From Lysobacterales bacterium (GTDB lineage Bacteria > Pseudomonadota > Gammaproteobacteria > Xanthomonadales > Wenzhouxiangellaceae): a stretch of DNA of 64,000 nt. The notes under the pieces were generated by a model. It was not told the DNA's origin. It did no database searches and worked only from the letters and a program-made list of their open reading frames with translations. Location of the stretch: NCBI GenBank assembly GCA_002722315.1, contig PBLG01000002.1:89949-153948 (forward strand), in the 5' to 3' direction. Of the stretch, positions 1 through 9,426 are shown in pieces. Within the stretch, counting starts at the first letter, position 1, and each line of letters opens with the position of its first letter. A program made the position numbers and the translations under genes.

Positions 1-24
1 TCCCTGTTGCGTACCGGGCCGGCC

Positions 25-732
25 TCAGGCCAGCGTATGAAGTTCTCCGGGCGGCAGGTGCGCGACGCAGTTCAGTCGCGATACCGACCAGCGGCCCGAA
101 TCAGTCGGATGACCATCCACCCTCAATTCCGTTATCGACGCATTGTACAACGTCACATTCAACTGACGCTGCCAGGCCAGGTCGTGTCCCAGCAGACTTG
201 CGGCCAGCGTGCTGATGACGCCGGCCGAAGTCACTGCAACCACCGTGCCGGCCTCGTCGAACATCAGCGACATCCGGCGCCCAGCCGCGTCGACGCGCTG
301 GCTGAAGGCGCTCCAGCGCCCGTTCACCGAGCAGTCCAGTCTCTCCGTCTGCCACGCCTCGAGAACGCGCGGAAAAAGCGCCAGGAAGGTTTCCAGGTAA
401 GCGACCGGATCGGCAAGCGCCGCTGGCCCGGGGGCATCCAGCGCCAACTCGTCGGCCCGCAGAAACGCCGCCTCGAGCAGGCCATCGACACGGTATTCGT
501 TCAGGTCGGGGTCCGTTCTGCATGCGCCCAGGGCGCCAAGGTAATCGGCAGTCTGGCGGTGACGCTTCAGTTCGCCCCGGACCATTGCTGCGGTTTCGAT
601 CTCCGCCTCGAGGTGCCGACCGACGTGCTCGGCCTGCCTGAAGCCGATCTTCGAAAGCCGGTCGTAATCATCGGTACCCAGCGAACCCTGGGCGTGGCGC
701 ACGAGCAGCAATCTGCGATTCGATTCAGACAT
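25..732 (-). CDS. Histidine phosphatase (phosphoglycerate mutase-like) family protein
   Basis: N-terminal LLLVRHAQ (RHG-like) motif, LxRHRQTA, LNEY, VTSAGVI and C-terminal LNCVAHL are typical of the family. Confidence 0.85.
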   Translation of the reverse strand: MSESNRRLLLVRHAQGSLGTDDYDRLSKIGFRQAEHVGRHLEAEIETAAMVRGELKRHRQTADYLGALGACRTDPDLNEYRVDGLLEAAFLRADELALDAPGPAALADPVAYLETFLALFPRVLEAWQTERLDCSVNGRWSAFSQRVDAAGRRMSLMFDEAGTVVAVTSAGVISTLAASLLGHDLAWQRQLNVTLYNASITELRVDGHPTDSGRWSVSRLNCVAHLPPGELHTLA

Positions 733-871
733 TCGGCATTCCGGTTTAGGTGGTGCAAGACGCCCGCTACAGCCGGAATTCTAGCCTATGCATGCGGTGA
801 TCTTGCGAGCGCGCTTCGATCACCCGACACGGCAATGACGCGAAGCTTGATTGAGCTCACACAATCGCTGC

Positions 872-900
872 TTGACGTTGCTCGGGCATGGTTGTAATTT
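872..900 (+). promoter_or_regulatory. Putative sigma70 promoter for the bactofilin gene
   Basis: TTGACG (872-877), 17-bp spacer, TAATTT (895-900), 35 bp upstream of ATG 936. Confidence 0.45.
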
Positions 901-935
901 GGATGGTTCCCCTTCCCCCAAACCGAGATATCCCG

Positions 936-1553
936 ATGTTCAACAAACGCGAAAGCAACGAATCAGAATCCGCCGGTCGTTCCGGATCCGATCAGCAGTC
1001 AGCCACGGCCAGCCCGGCGCCGGCCAGAAGCACCAGTGCCACCGGCGGGGCCGCGACCATCGGCCCTTCCATTTCGATCGACGGTCAGCTCAAGGGGGAA
1101 GAAGACCTGGTCGTCGAGGGCCGCATCAAGGGGACGGTGGAATTGAAGAACAACACGCTCACGGTGGGCACCCAGGGAACGCTGGATGCCGAAGTCTTCG
1201 CGCACACCATTTTTGTCGAGGGTACCGTCAACGGCGACCTGTATGCCTCAGAGCGCATCAGCATCCGCAAGAGCGCTAGAATCCGGGGCAACATTCTCGC
1301 CCCGAGAATCAGCCTCGAAGACGGCGCCAAGTTCCGTGGTTCGATCGACATGGATGCCGATTCCGAAGCCTTCCGCAAGGCGTTCGGCGGCAAGGCGTCG
1401 GCTGCATCGAGCCCTGCCGGCAAGCCGGCATCGGCGCCGAGTGCCGTCGACAGCCAGAAGGAAAAGCCGCCACAGGGGTCTCAATCGTCTTCCGGCGGAG
1501 GCAACAACACGGCAACGCAACAGACAGGCAATACCGGGTCGTCGGCCGCCTGA
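936..1553 (+). CDS. Bactofilin (polymer-forming cytoskeletal protein, CcmA/DUF583)
   Basis: ATIGPSISIDGQLKGEEDLVVEGRIKG...RISLEDGAKFRGSIDM beta-helix core flanked by low-complexity tails; start taken at MFNKRE. Confidence 0.92.
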   Translation: MFNKRESNESESAGRSGSDQQSATASPAPARSTSATGGAATIGPSISIDGQLKGEEDLVVEGRIKGTVELKNNTLTVGTQGTLDAEVFAHTIFVEGTVNGDLYASERISIRKSARIRGNILAPRISLEDGAKFRGSIDMDADSEAFRKAFGGKASAASSPAGKPASAPSAVDSQKEKPPQGSQSSSGGGNNTATQQTGNTGSSAA

Positions 1554-1571
1554 CGCGACAGCACCGATCTC

Positions 1572-2174
1572 ATGTCGAATGCCGCAGCAAGCCTGGCCGG
1601 GCAAGACCCCGGCCACACGGCCGAGCGGGTCAAGGTTCCGCTGCTCGTCGAGCTTCTGTCCCGCGAAGTCGGCGACCGTCGCCGCGTATGGGCCGACCTC
1701 GGCAGCGCGCAATCCGGACTGGTGCAACGACTCACCGGCGGCCACAATCGCCTGATCGTGGCCGACCTGCCGGGCGCGCTTGAAGGCGGCGACGCGAACT
1801 GGCATCGCCCTGACAAGGTGCTCGACGAGAAATTCTGGGCCGAGCCGATCGATTGTTTCCTGTGCTGGGATCTGCTCAACTACATGCACCCCGAGCAACT
1901 CGGCGATCTGTCGAGTCGGATTTCACGCCGGGCCCGCGCAGGAGCCTGCATTCACGCATTGATTCAGTACTCGGGCACCTCGATGAGCGAGACGCCGGGA
2001 CGATACGGCATGAATGACGATGGCCAACTGACCGTCGTACCGGCCGACGCGCCTTCGGCAAAAACGCCGAGATACAGCCCCAAGGCGCTGGAGAAGGCCA
2101 TGCCGGAACTTCGCGTGGAACGGACCATGCTGCTCAACAACGGCATGCAGGAATTCATCTTCGGCGTTCGCTGA
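1572..2174 (+). CDS. Hypothetical protein with degenerate class I SAM-methyltransferase-like fold
   Basis: VWADLGSA (motif I-like), LIVADL and DCFLCWDLLNYM (motif IV-like); 18 bp downstream of the bactofilin gene. Confidence 0.6.
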   Translation: MSNAAASLAGQDPGHTAERVKVPLLVELLSREVGDRRRVWADLGSAQSGLVQRLTGGHNRLIVADLPGALEGGDANWHRPDKVLDEKFWAEPIDCFLCWDLLNYMHPEQLGDLSSRISRRARAGACIHALIQYSGTSMSETPGRYGMNDDGQLTVVPADAPSAKTPRYSPKALEKAMPELRVERTMLLNNGMQEFIFGVR

Positions 2175-2235
2175 ATCCGGGATCCTTTCAGCGGTGCTGC
2201 ACCTGCGCAGAGGCAGCCAGAGCTTCCCTGGGCGT

Positions 2236-2267
2236 AAAAAAGGGAGCACCGATCGCTCGATGCTCCC
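2236..2267 (-). terminator. Rho-independent terminator of ibpA
   Basis: Minus strand reads GGGAGCATCGAGCGATCGGTGCTCCC followed by TTTTTT. Confidence 0.8.
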
Positions 2268-2313
2268 CCTGGCTGATGATTGCCTGTCGCGGCTGTCAGC
2301 CGTCAAGCGACGA

Positions 2314-2811
2314 TCAGGCCGCCTTGCTTTCGTCGCTTTCGATCTGCGTTGAACGATTCGACTCGGTTGTCGAGTCGATCGCGGAGCGCCCTTCGCCGAT
2401 CTCGATGCGACGCGGCTTCATCTTTTCCGGCAGTTCGCGCTGCAGTTCGATATGAAGCAGGCCGTTTTCGAGCTTGGCCGAGACAACCCGCACGTGATCG
2501 GCGAGCTGGAAGCGGCGCTCGAACGAGCGGGTCGCGATGCCCCTGTAGAGGAACTCGCGGTCTTCGCGCTGCTCGTCACCGGCCTTCTGACCGGAAACGG
2601 TGAGCGTGTTCTGCTCGGTCACGATATCGAGCTCGGATTCCGAAAAGCCGGCGACGGCCATCGAAATGCGATATTGATCTTCACCGCGGGCCTCGATGTT
2701 GTAGGGCGGATAACCGTTGCCGTCCACGCGCGATGCGTTGGAAAGCATGTCGGCCAGCCGATCGAAACCGATTGCGGTGCGGTACAGGGGTGAAAGATCG
2801 AACGTGGTCAT
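2314..2811 (-). CDS. ibpA: Small heat shock protein IbpA/IbpB (Hsp20)
   Basis: FDLSPLYRTAIGFDRL, GYPPYNIE, FLYRGIATRSFERRFQLADHV, LENGLLHIEL. Confidence 0.96.
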   Translation of the reverse strand: MTTFDLSPLYRTAIGFDRLADMLSNASRVDGNGYPPYNIEARGEDQYRISMAVAGFSESELDIVTEQNTLTVSGQKAGDEQREDREFLYRGIATRSFERRFQLADHVRVVSAKLENGLLHIELQRELPEKMKPRRIEIGEGRSAIDSTTESNRSTQIESDESKAA

Positions 2812-2907
2812 AACACTATCCTCCAGAATTGAGCAATAGATTGAGTTGAACAGCCCTGCCTTATGGCCAGAACCGGAGGCCCCGCTTCATGTATCAGGCG
2901 GCCTCGA
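2812..2907 (-). promoter_or_regulatory. ROSE-like RNA thermometer in the ibpA 5' UTR
   Basis: Minus-strand hairpin CTATTGCTC-AATTCTG-GAGGATAG (2816-2839) places the U(U/C)GCU motif opposite the SD sequence; two further hairpins lie upstream. Confidence 0.75.
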
Positions 2908-2913
2908 AACTTG

Positions 2914-2941
2914 ATCTAGGGACAGTTGACGAGTTTTCAAG
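2914..2941 (-). promoter_or_regulatory. Sigma32 (RpoH) promoter of ibpA
   Basis: Minus strand CTTGAAA, 13-nt spacer, CCCTAGAT, close to the CTTGAAA-N13/14-CCCCATNT consensus. Confidence 0.7.
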
Positions 2942-2999
2942 TCGCAGAACCGAAATTCTGCTCGTCGGGATGACGGACCGGGGGCCGCGAACTCCCCCG

Positions 3000-4394
3000 T
3001 TATCGCTTGCGGATGCGTTGGCGCCGCTTGACCTGCCGCGGCGTCAGCTTGTTTCGCCTGCCGGCGTAGGGGTTTTCCGAGTCACGGAAGATCAGCTGGA
3101 TGGGCACGCCCACCAGGTCGAACTCGCTGCGAAATCGATTGATCAGGAACCGCTGGTACGCCGGTGGTACGTGCTCGGTCCGGTTGCCGTGGATCACGAC
3201 ACGGGTCGGAAAGTTGCCGCCCGGATGCGCATAACGCAGCTTGGCCGCGAACCTGTTCACGACCGGCGGCGAATGCGCTTCGACGGCCTTGGTGAGCACG
3301 CGGCTGAGTCGGCCGGAGGACAGCTTGAGACAAGCCGCGTCGTAAACGGTTTCTATCGCGTCGAACAGTTCGGCCAGGCCGCTGCCGTGCAACGCCGACA
3401 GGATCACGACCGGCGCCCAGGCGACGAATTTCAGCTTCTCGCCGGCATCCTGAAGACAGGTTTTTCGCTGCCGTTCGTCGATCCCGTCCCACTTGTTGAA
3501 CACGATGATGAGCGCCCTGCCGGCGTCAGCCGCGTGCCCGGCAAGCCGGGCGTCCTGGTCGGTAATGCCCTCGCCGGCGTCGAGCAACAGGCAAACCACG
3601 TCGGCCTGCTGCATGGCCTGCATCGCCTTGAGCGTACTCAGCGACTCGACTTCTTCGTGCCTGTGGCGCTTGCGGCGGATGCCGGCGGTATCGACCAGCC
3701 GATAGTGACGTCCGTCGCGGTCGATCTCGGCGGCGATCGGATCGCGCGTGGTTCCCGGCATGTCGGCCGTGACGGCCCGCTCGTCGCCGGTCAGGCGGTT
3801 GAGCAAGGTGGACTTGCCTACGTTGGGTCTGCCGATCAGCGCCAGTCGAATGGTGTCCTGGGTATCGCGGGTTTCGACATCGTCCGCCTGCCCGGGGAGT
3901 TCGGCGGCAATCACCGCGCCAAGATGGTCCAGGCCACGCCTGTGCGCGGCGGCGATGGGTACCGGCTCGGAGAGGCCCAGTACCGCGAATTCCGAGGTTG
4001 CGGTATCGACGTCGATGCCGTCGGTCTTGTTGACCACAAGAACCACCGATTTTCCCAGCTGGCGAAGTCGGGCGGCGATTTCGAAATCTTCCGACGTCAC
4101 CGCACCGCGGCCGTCGACGACGAATGCAATCACGTCGGCTTCCTCCAGCGCGAACTGGGTCTGCCGGCCGACGCCGCGCACCAGCGAGTCCGGATCAGGA
4201 TCCAGGCCACCTGTATCGACCAGCACCACCTCGGTGCCGTCGATCACGGCGCGGCCGTAGATGCGATCTCGGGTCACGCCCGGCTGGTCGGCCACCAGCG
4301 CGTCGCGCGTTCGGGTCAGCGCGTTGAACAGCGTCGACTTGCCGACATTCGGGCGCCCGGCAATCACCACGATTGGCAGTGCCGAACGATTCAT
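3000..4394 (-). CDS. der: Ribosome biogenesis GTPase Der (EngA)
   Basis: Two GRPNVGKST G-domains, DTGG/DTAG, NKTD/NKWD, KH-like C-terminus. Confidence 0.98.
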   Translation of the reverse strand: MNRSALPIVVIAGRPNVGKSTLFNALTRTRDALVADQPGVTRDRIYGRAVIDGTEVVLVDTGGLDPDPDSLVRGVGRQTQFALEEADVIAFVVDGRGAVTSEDFEIAARLRQLGKSVVLVVNKTDGIDVDTATSEFAVLGLSEPVPIAAAHRRGLDHLGAVIAAELPGQADDVETRDTQDTIRLALIGRPNVGKSTLLNRLTGDERAVTADMPGTTRDPIAAEIDRDGRHYRLVDTAGIRRKRHRHEEVESLSTLKAMQAMQQADVVCLLLDAGEGITDQDARLAGHAADAGRALIIVFNKWDGIDERQRKTCLQDAGEKLKFVAWAPVVILSALHGSGLAELFDAIETVYDAACLKLSSGRLSRVLTKAVEAHSPPVVNRFAAKLRYAHPGGNFPTRVVIHGNRTEHVPPAYQRFLINRFRSEFDLVGVPIQLIFRDSENPYAGRRNKLTPRQVKRRQRIRKR

Positions 4395-4410
4395 CGCGGC
4401 GGGCACTGGA

Positions 4411-5571
4411 TTACGAGGAGGCGCCTACGCGCCAGGCCGAAAGCTTGCCGTCCACATCCAGCACAAACAGAACATTGCCGACAACCAGCGGCGCGCCGGC
4501 CGGTGCATCCTTGGACGCTCGCTCGCGCGCGACGAATTCGCCGGTATCGGCGTCCAGCCAGTGCACGTAGCCCTCCTTGTCGGCCACGGCAACGAATCCG
4601 CCCTGAAGCACGGGACGACTCAAGCCGCGACGAAGAAGCTGCTCGTTGCTCCACCCGGTTGAACCGCTGCGCCGGTCGAGCATCCAGATCCTGTCCTCGG
4701 AATCGGCCAATACCATCTGCGTTCGGGCGACGGTCAGCCCGGAATTCGATCCGACTTCCTTGACCCAGAGCAGGCGCCCGGAGTCAAGCGCGACGGACGC
4801 CATGCGATCGTGCTCGCTGATGGCGTAGATGTCCAGGCCGACGATCTCCATGTGGCCGTCGATGTCGGCCAGTCGATCGAGCTGGGTCCGCCCTTCCGGG
4901 GTGCCCACGCGCTGCTCCCACAACAGCTGGCCGTCGGCAAGACTGAGCGCCGTCAGGGCACCGTCGTCATGGCCTACGAAGACCTGGCCGCCGCGAATCA
5001 CGGGGGCCGAGTTGCCTCGCAGCGTCAACAGCGGCACGCTGCGGTCGTAGACCCATTCCCGGAGACCGGTATCCGCATTCAAGCCAAAGACCCGGCCGTC
5101 GATGCAGCGAACGACGATCACGCCGTCGCGCTGCAGGGGTGGGGCAAGAATCTCGGAGGAAAGCTGCGCCCGCCAGTCGATCGCTCCGGTATTACGGTCG
5201 AGCACAAGGATCTGTCCGTTCATGGTGCCCAGCAGCACGCGCTGGCCGACCACTGTGGGACCGGCAGACAGGTCCATTTCGAGATCGAATCGACGCAGGC
5301 GGTCGCCCGATGCGGCGTCGATGACCGTCAAGCGCCCCTTGTGGTCGGCGGTCCAGATCTCCCCATCGATGTGAAAGGGCATCAGACCCGGAGCACTCTT
5401 GCCCAGGCCGCTTCCGGTCGAGGTGCTCCAAAGCTTGCTTACCTTCAGCCGCTCGTCGATATCGGTCAATTCCATCGGATCCCGTTCGGGATCCTTCTTG
5501 CCGAACATGCCGCAACCGCCCAGCACGACCGCCAGCGCGACCAGCAGGACGTTACGGTACACGGCTATCAT
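4411..5571 (-). CDS. bamB: Outer membrane protein assembly factor BamB
   Basis: Lipobox LGGC, PQQ-like beta-propeller repeats, LTLRGNSAP; lies between yfgM and der; start at MIAVYR overlaps the yfgM stop. Confidence 0.95.
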   Translation of the reverse strand: MIAVYRNVLLVALAVVLGGCGMFGKKDPERDPMELTDIDERLKVSKLWSTSTGSGLGKSAPGLMPFHIDGEIWTADHKGRLTVIDAASGDRLRRFDLEMDLSAGPTVVGQRVLLGTMNGQILVLDRNTGAIDWRAQLSSEILAPPLQRDGVIVVRCIDGRVFGLNADTGLREWVYDRSVPLLTLRGNSAPVIRGGQVFVGHDDGALTALSLADGQLLWEQRVGTPEGRTQLDRLADIDGHMEIVGLDIYAISEHDRMASVALDSGRLLWVKEVGSNSGLTVARTQMVLADSEDRIWMLDRRSGSTGWSNEQLLRRGLSRPVLQGGFVAVADKEGYVHWLDADTGEFVARERASKDAPAGAPLVVGNVLFVLDVDGKLSAWRVGASS

Positions 5572-6239
5572 GAATTCTCCGGGCCGTCGATCGCGGCACG
5601 TCCGATCGCCGACTGAACCGCATCCAGCTTGGTCTCGGCCTGCCGAAAATCCCGACCCTCGCCACGCAGCTGGGTCACCGCAGCGGCGTAGGCGTCCGCG
5701 GCCTCGTCGAACCGCGCCATGTCGAAAAGGATGTCGCCGCGGGTTTCCAGCCACAGGCCCTGGTACCCGGCCGGCACCTCGCCCTGCAGCAACGCAAGCG
5801 CCGCGTCGCCGCGGTCCCGGGCGATTTCGATCAGCGCCAGCCTGAGCCGGATCAGCGGCTTCAGCGATGCCCACTTGCCGGAATCGAGCAGCGAAGAATA
5901 AATCTCGCCGGCCTTATCGACTTCGCCCTCGTCGGTCAACGCGGATGCGACCAGCATGCCCGAAAGCGCGACGTAGGCATGCTCGCCCACGCCCTCGCGC
6001 ATTGCAGCGAACTGCTCGGCCGCGGCCTGCGTGCTGCCGGCATCCAGTTCCTGCTGGATCGCGGCGTAATACTCGTTGGCCAGCATGGCCTGGCCGGACT
6101 GGTAGTCCTGCCACTGCCGCCAGCCGAAAATGCCGGCCAGCGCCAGGGCCACGCCCATGAGTATGGAAACACCGTTTTCGCGCAGCCAGTTGCGTACGCG
6201 TTCGCTTTGTTCGTGTTCGTCGTAGAGCTCTACGGCCAT
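5568..6239 (-). CDS. yfgM: YfgM ancillary SecYEG translocon subunit (TPR)
   Basis: DEHEQSERVRNWLRENG, one TM helix, RLRLA, ETRGDIL; conserved synteny. Confidence 0.93.
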   Translation of the reverse strand: MAVELYDEHEQSERVRNWLRENGVSILMGVALALAGIFGWRQWQDYQSGQAMLANEYYAAIQQELDAGSTQAAAEQFAAMREGVGEHAYVALSGMLVASALTDEGEVDKAGEIYSSLLDSGKWASLKPLIRLRLALIEIARDRGDAALALLQGEVPAGYQGLWLETRGDILFDMARFDEAADAYAAAVTQLRGEGRDFRQAETKLDAVQSAIGRAAIDGPENS

Positions 6240-6291
6240 CGGGTCACTCGCTTGCTCGAAAAAGGCAAAAGTTATGAATGCGGATGATAAA

Positions 6292-7578
6292 TCACTTGCT
6301 CGGCGAGTGTACCCCGCCGTCGAAGTAGCGGCACAGCCAGTCTCCCAGCGCCTGACGCGCCACGGTCTCCTGGGGCGCATCGCCCTTGAGGTCCTTCACG
6401 CTGACGGTGCCGGCCTCCAGCTCCTGTTCGCCGAGCACCAGAGCCAGGCGAGCGCCGGAGCGATCGGCGCGCTTGAACTGCGCCTTGAAGCTGCCCCCCT
6501 GCAGATCTGTGACCAGCCTCAGCCCCGGCCAGCTGTCCCGGAGCGCTTCAGCCAGGCCCAGCCGCGCAGCCACGGGCTCGGTGCCCAGCAGGAAGGCGTG
6601 AGGATCGTTCGCGAACTGCTTTCCTTCGGCCTTGACCAGCTCCAGCAACCGCTCCATGCCCATGGCGAATCCGATGCCGGGGGTCGGCTTGCCGCCCTGT
6701 ATTTCGACCAGGTCGTCGTAGCGCCCGCCGGCGCAGATCGTGCCCTGCGCGCCCAGCGCCGTGGTTGTCCATTCGAACACGGTCCGACAGTAATAATCCA
6801 GACCGCGCACCAGGCCCGGATTGATCCGGTAAGCAATGCCTTCGGCGTCCAGCATGTCTGTCAGCGACCGAAAATGCTCGCGCGCGCCATCGCCGATGTG
6901 GTCGATCAGGCGCGGCGCGCTCTCAAGCAGGGCCTGGGTCGTCGGCACCTTGCTGTCGAAGATCCGAAGCGGATTGGTCTCCAGCCGGCGACGGCTGTCC
7001 TCGTCGAGCTGGTCGCGCACCGGCTCCAGAAAGGCGACCAGCGCCTCGCGGTAACGGGCCCGGTCGTCGCGATCGCCCAGCGAGTTGAGCTCCAGCTCCA
7101 CGTGACGCTCTATCCCGAGCTCGCGCCACAGGCGAGTCCCCAGTGCAATGAGCTCCGCATCCACGGCGGGCGCGTCCAGTCCGAACACTTCGGCGCCGGT
7201 CTGGTGAAACTGGCGCTGGCGGCCCTTCTGAGGCCGCTCATGCCGGAACATCGGGCCCGAGTACCAGACCTTGAGACCCGGTGGGTTCAGCAGGCCGTGC
7301 TGAAGCACCGCCCGCACAACGCCAGCCGTGCCTTCGGGTCGCAGACACAAGCTATCGCCGTTGCGATCGTCGAAGGCGTACATTTCCTTCTCGACCACGT
7401 CGGTGCCCTGCCCGATTGCGCGCGTGAACAACTCGGTCTTCTCGACCAGCGGAATACGGATTTCGGCGAAGCCGTAACGATCCATCAGCGTCGCTACCCG
7501 CTCCTCCAGCCACTGCCAGGCGGCCACGTCGGAAGGAAGAATGTCGTGCATTCCCCGGACCGATTGCAGGGATTTCAT
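6292..7578 (-). CDS. hisS: Histidine--tRNA ligase
   Basis: VRGMHDILP, LRPEGTAG, MFRHERPQKGRQRQFHQ, LVRGLDYY, AGGRYD. Confidence 0.99.
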   Translation of the reverse strand: MKSLQSVRGMHDILPSDVAAWQWLEERVATLMDRYGFAEIRIPLVEKTELFTRAIGQGTDVVEKEMYAFDDRNGDSLCLRPEGTAGVVRAVLQHGLLNPPGLKVWYSGPMFRHERPQKGRQRQFHQTGAEVFGLDAPAVDAELIALGTRLWRELGIERHVELELNSLGDRDDRARYREALVAFLEPVRDQLDEDSRRRLETNPLRIFDSKVPTTQALLESAPRLIDHIGDGAREHFRSLTDMLDAEGIAYRINPGLVRGLDYYCRTVFEWTTTALGAQGTICAGGRYDDLVEIQGGKPTPGIGFAMGMERLLELVKAEGKQFANDPHAFLLGTEPVAARLGLAEALRDSWPGLRLVTDLQGGSFKAQFKRADRSGARLALVLGEQELEAGTVSVKDLKGDAPQETVARQALGDWLCRYFDGGVHSPSK

Positions 7579-7597
7579 ATCTTGAATCTCCAGAACA

Positions 7598-7633
7598 GAA
7601 AACGGCCGGCATCGCGCTGTGCGCGACCCGGCC
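7598..7633 (-). terminator. Putative terminator hairpin between rodZ and hisS
   Basis: Minus strand GGCCGGGTCGCGC-ACA-GCGCGATGCCGGCC followed by GTTTTC. Confidence 0.5.
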
Positions 7634-7676
7634 TCGAAACGCAGTGCCCGCCGACGGCTCGATGCCGCGGGGACAA

Positions 7677-8615
7677 TTACTCGGTTGACGGCCGGTCGTC
7701 AGCGGGTCCCGCCGCAGGTTCACCGATCACCAGTTCGGCAACACCGGCCTGGTCCTGACCCTCGAAGGCCACCGGTTGTCCGTCCAGGCTCAGCGACACG
7801 GCGCTTGCGCGTCCCAGCAGGAGCCTGAACGGGGCCAGCCCGGTGTACTGCCTGGCTTCTCCGGAACGAATCAGGTCGAATTCCAGCCGCTGGCCGTCGG
7901 CGCTTTCGATCTCGATCCAGCTGTCGTCGCTCAGCGCCAGCTCCAGCCGCGCAGTCGAATCCACTTCCGGTGATTGATCCACGACCGGCGTGCCACTGTC
8001 CGGCTCGGTGACCGGTTCCAGCTGCGGCGCGGTGCGAATCGGGTTCATTGGCAATGCCGAAGCGGAGAGATGCGACGCGTCGTTGCGGGTGGCCTCGGGT
8101 GGCTGAACCGCCAGCGCATCGGCGAATCGCTCTCTATACCCGGGCTTTTGCGTATCCGGGGATACCAGGTCACTGCCGTCGGTAGAACGTGAAACCACTT
8201 CCGATTCGAAAAGGCGCGCTCCGCCCAATACGAAGAAATACACCAGCGGCGGCACGATCATCGTCGTCACGAGCGCATAAGTGGCGAACTTCAGAAATCT
8301 GTCGAAGCGCTGCGGCTTGGAAGAAATCGGCAGCACCGCGCGCAGCGGCTCCGGCTCCAGTTCGCCCATGTGCTCCAGCAATGGCTGGGGATCGAGGTCG
8401 ACCAGGCGCGCATAGTTGACGATATAGCCGCGCCGGTAGATCGGCGCTATGCGATCGAACTGATCGGCCTCGATGTGCTCGATCGTCTTTCGCTGCAGTT
8501 TCAGCTGGCTGGCGGCCTCGGCCACAGTCAGCTGGCGAGCCTGGCGCGCGCGGGAAAGCACGGCGCCGGGAGACAGGTGCGAGTCTGATTTTTCGGGGGT
8601 TTCGGCTTCTGTCAT
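7677..8615 (-). CDS. rodZ: Cytoskeleton protein RodZ
   Basis: N-terminal HTH (PGAVLSRARQARQLT...RGYIVNYARLV), TM helix, DUF4115 C-terminus (DSWIEIESADG). Confidence 0.92.
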   Translation of the reverse strand: MTEAETPEKSDSHLSPGAVLSRARQARQLTVAEAASQLKLQRKTIEHIEADQFDRIAPIYRRGYIVNYARLVDLDPQPLLEHMGELEPEPLRAVLPISSKPQRFDRFLKFATYALVTTMIVPPLVYFFVLGGARLFESEVVSRSTDGSDLVSPDTQKPGYRERFADALAVQPPEATRNDASHLSASALPMNPIRTAPQLEPVTEPDSGTPVVDQSPEVDSTARLELALSDDSWIEIESADGQRLEFDLIRSGEARQYTGLAPFRLLLGRASAVSLSLDGQPVAFEGQDQAGVAELVIGEPAAGPADDRPSTE

Positions 8616-8628
8616 TTCGTTTGTGGTC

Positions 8629-9426
8629 TTATGGCCTCACCTGGGAGGCTTGGGGTGAATCTGGGTACCGTTCGATCAAGGTCCTTGCGTACTCCTGGGC
8701 AATCGCTTCGCTGCCGAGGGATCGCTCGACCTGCACGGCGAGCAGCAGTGCTCGCGCGCCAAGCCCGCCCACGGCTTCCAGCCGCTGCAGGAAGGCGCGA
8801 GCTCGCAGGCCCTCACCCCGCTCGAACGACAGGCCGGCGAGGTTGAACAAGGCGGTCCGGCTTTGCGGATCGTACTCCAGCGCCTCTCTCAAGTAGCGCT
8901 CCGCCTCTTCGTCGCGGCCGTCGCGGCGGGCGCACGAGCCGGCGTTGGCCAGCGCCACGCCGGGCGTCGAGTAAAACGGATCGTTCAGCGCCGCACGGAA
9001 ATGCTTGTCGGCCTCGGCATAACGACCAACCTCGCACAGCAACGCAGCATAGCTATTGTGCGCTCCCCCGTCTTCCGGCGCAAGCTCGACGGCGGTTTTT
9101 AGATGCCCCAGGGCTTGCTCGTTGCGGTTGATCGACTGGTACACGATGCCCAGCGCGAGATGGGCCGGAACGTGCTTGGGATCCTGATGCACCGCAAGCT
9201 CGAGCTTTTCCATGGCCACCTGCAGATCTCCGCGTTCCAGGTAACCCACGCCCAGCCGCGTGTTGATTTCCGCGGCCCTGACGGGGCTGACGCGATCAAC
9301 CGCCGAACCGCTGCGCCTGGGATCTGTTTCGGAGGAATTCGTGGTGGCGCAGCCGGCCAGCGCGGCCGCCAGGACGAGTGTCGAGACAAGTGTCGAGACA
9401 ATCGTGGCGGCACCGCGCAGATTCAT
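8629..9426 (-). CDS. pilW: Type IV pilus biogenesis/stability TPR lipoprotein PilW/PilF
   Basis: Lipobox [18 protein letters not shown] repeats, [10 protein letters not shown]; lies between rlmN and rodZ. Confidence 0.92.
   Translation of the reverse strand: MNLRGAATIVSTLVSTLVLAAALAGCATTNSSETDPRRSGSAVDRVSPVRAAEINTRLGVGYLERGDLQVAMEKLELAVHQDPKHVPAHLALGIVYQSINRNEQALGHLKTAVELAPEDGGAHNSYAALLCEVGRYAEADKHFRAALNDPFYSTPGVALANAGSCARRDGRDEEAERYLREALEYDPQSRTALFNLAGLSFERGEGLRARAFLQRLEAVGGLGARALLLAVQVERSLGSEAIAQEYARTLIERYPDSPQASQVRP

Noticed and set aside
846-861. CRP/FNR-like site CTTGA-N6-TCACA upstream of bactofilin
   Set aside because: One half-site is poor, and the spacing to the predicted promoter fits neither class I nor class II geometry
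4411-5874. Long N-terminal extensions given by the ORF track (bamB, pilW, cmk, aroA, wbpM, dnaX, TIGR04283-like gene)
   Set aside because: They overlap neighbouring genes and precede the family-typical N-termini; downstream starts with stop/start overlaps or an RBS fit better
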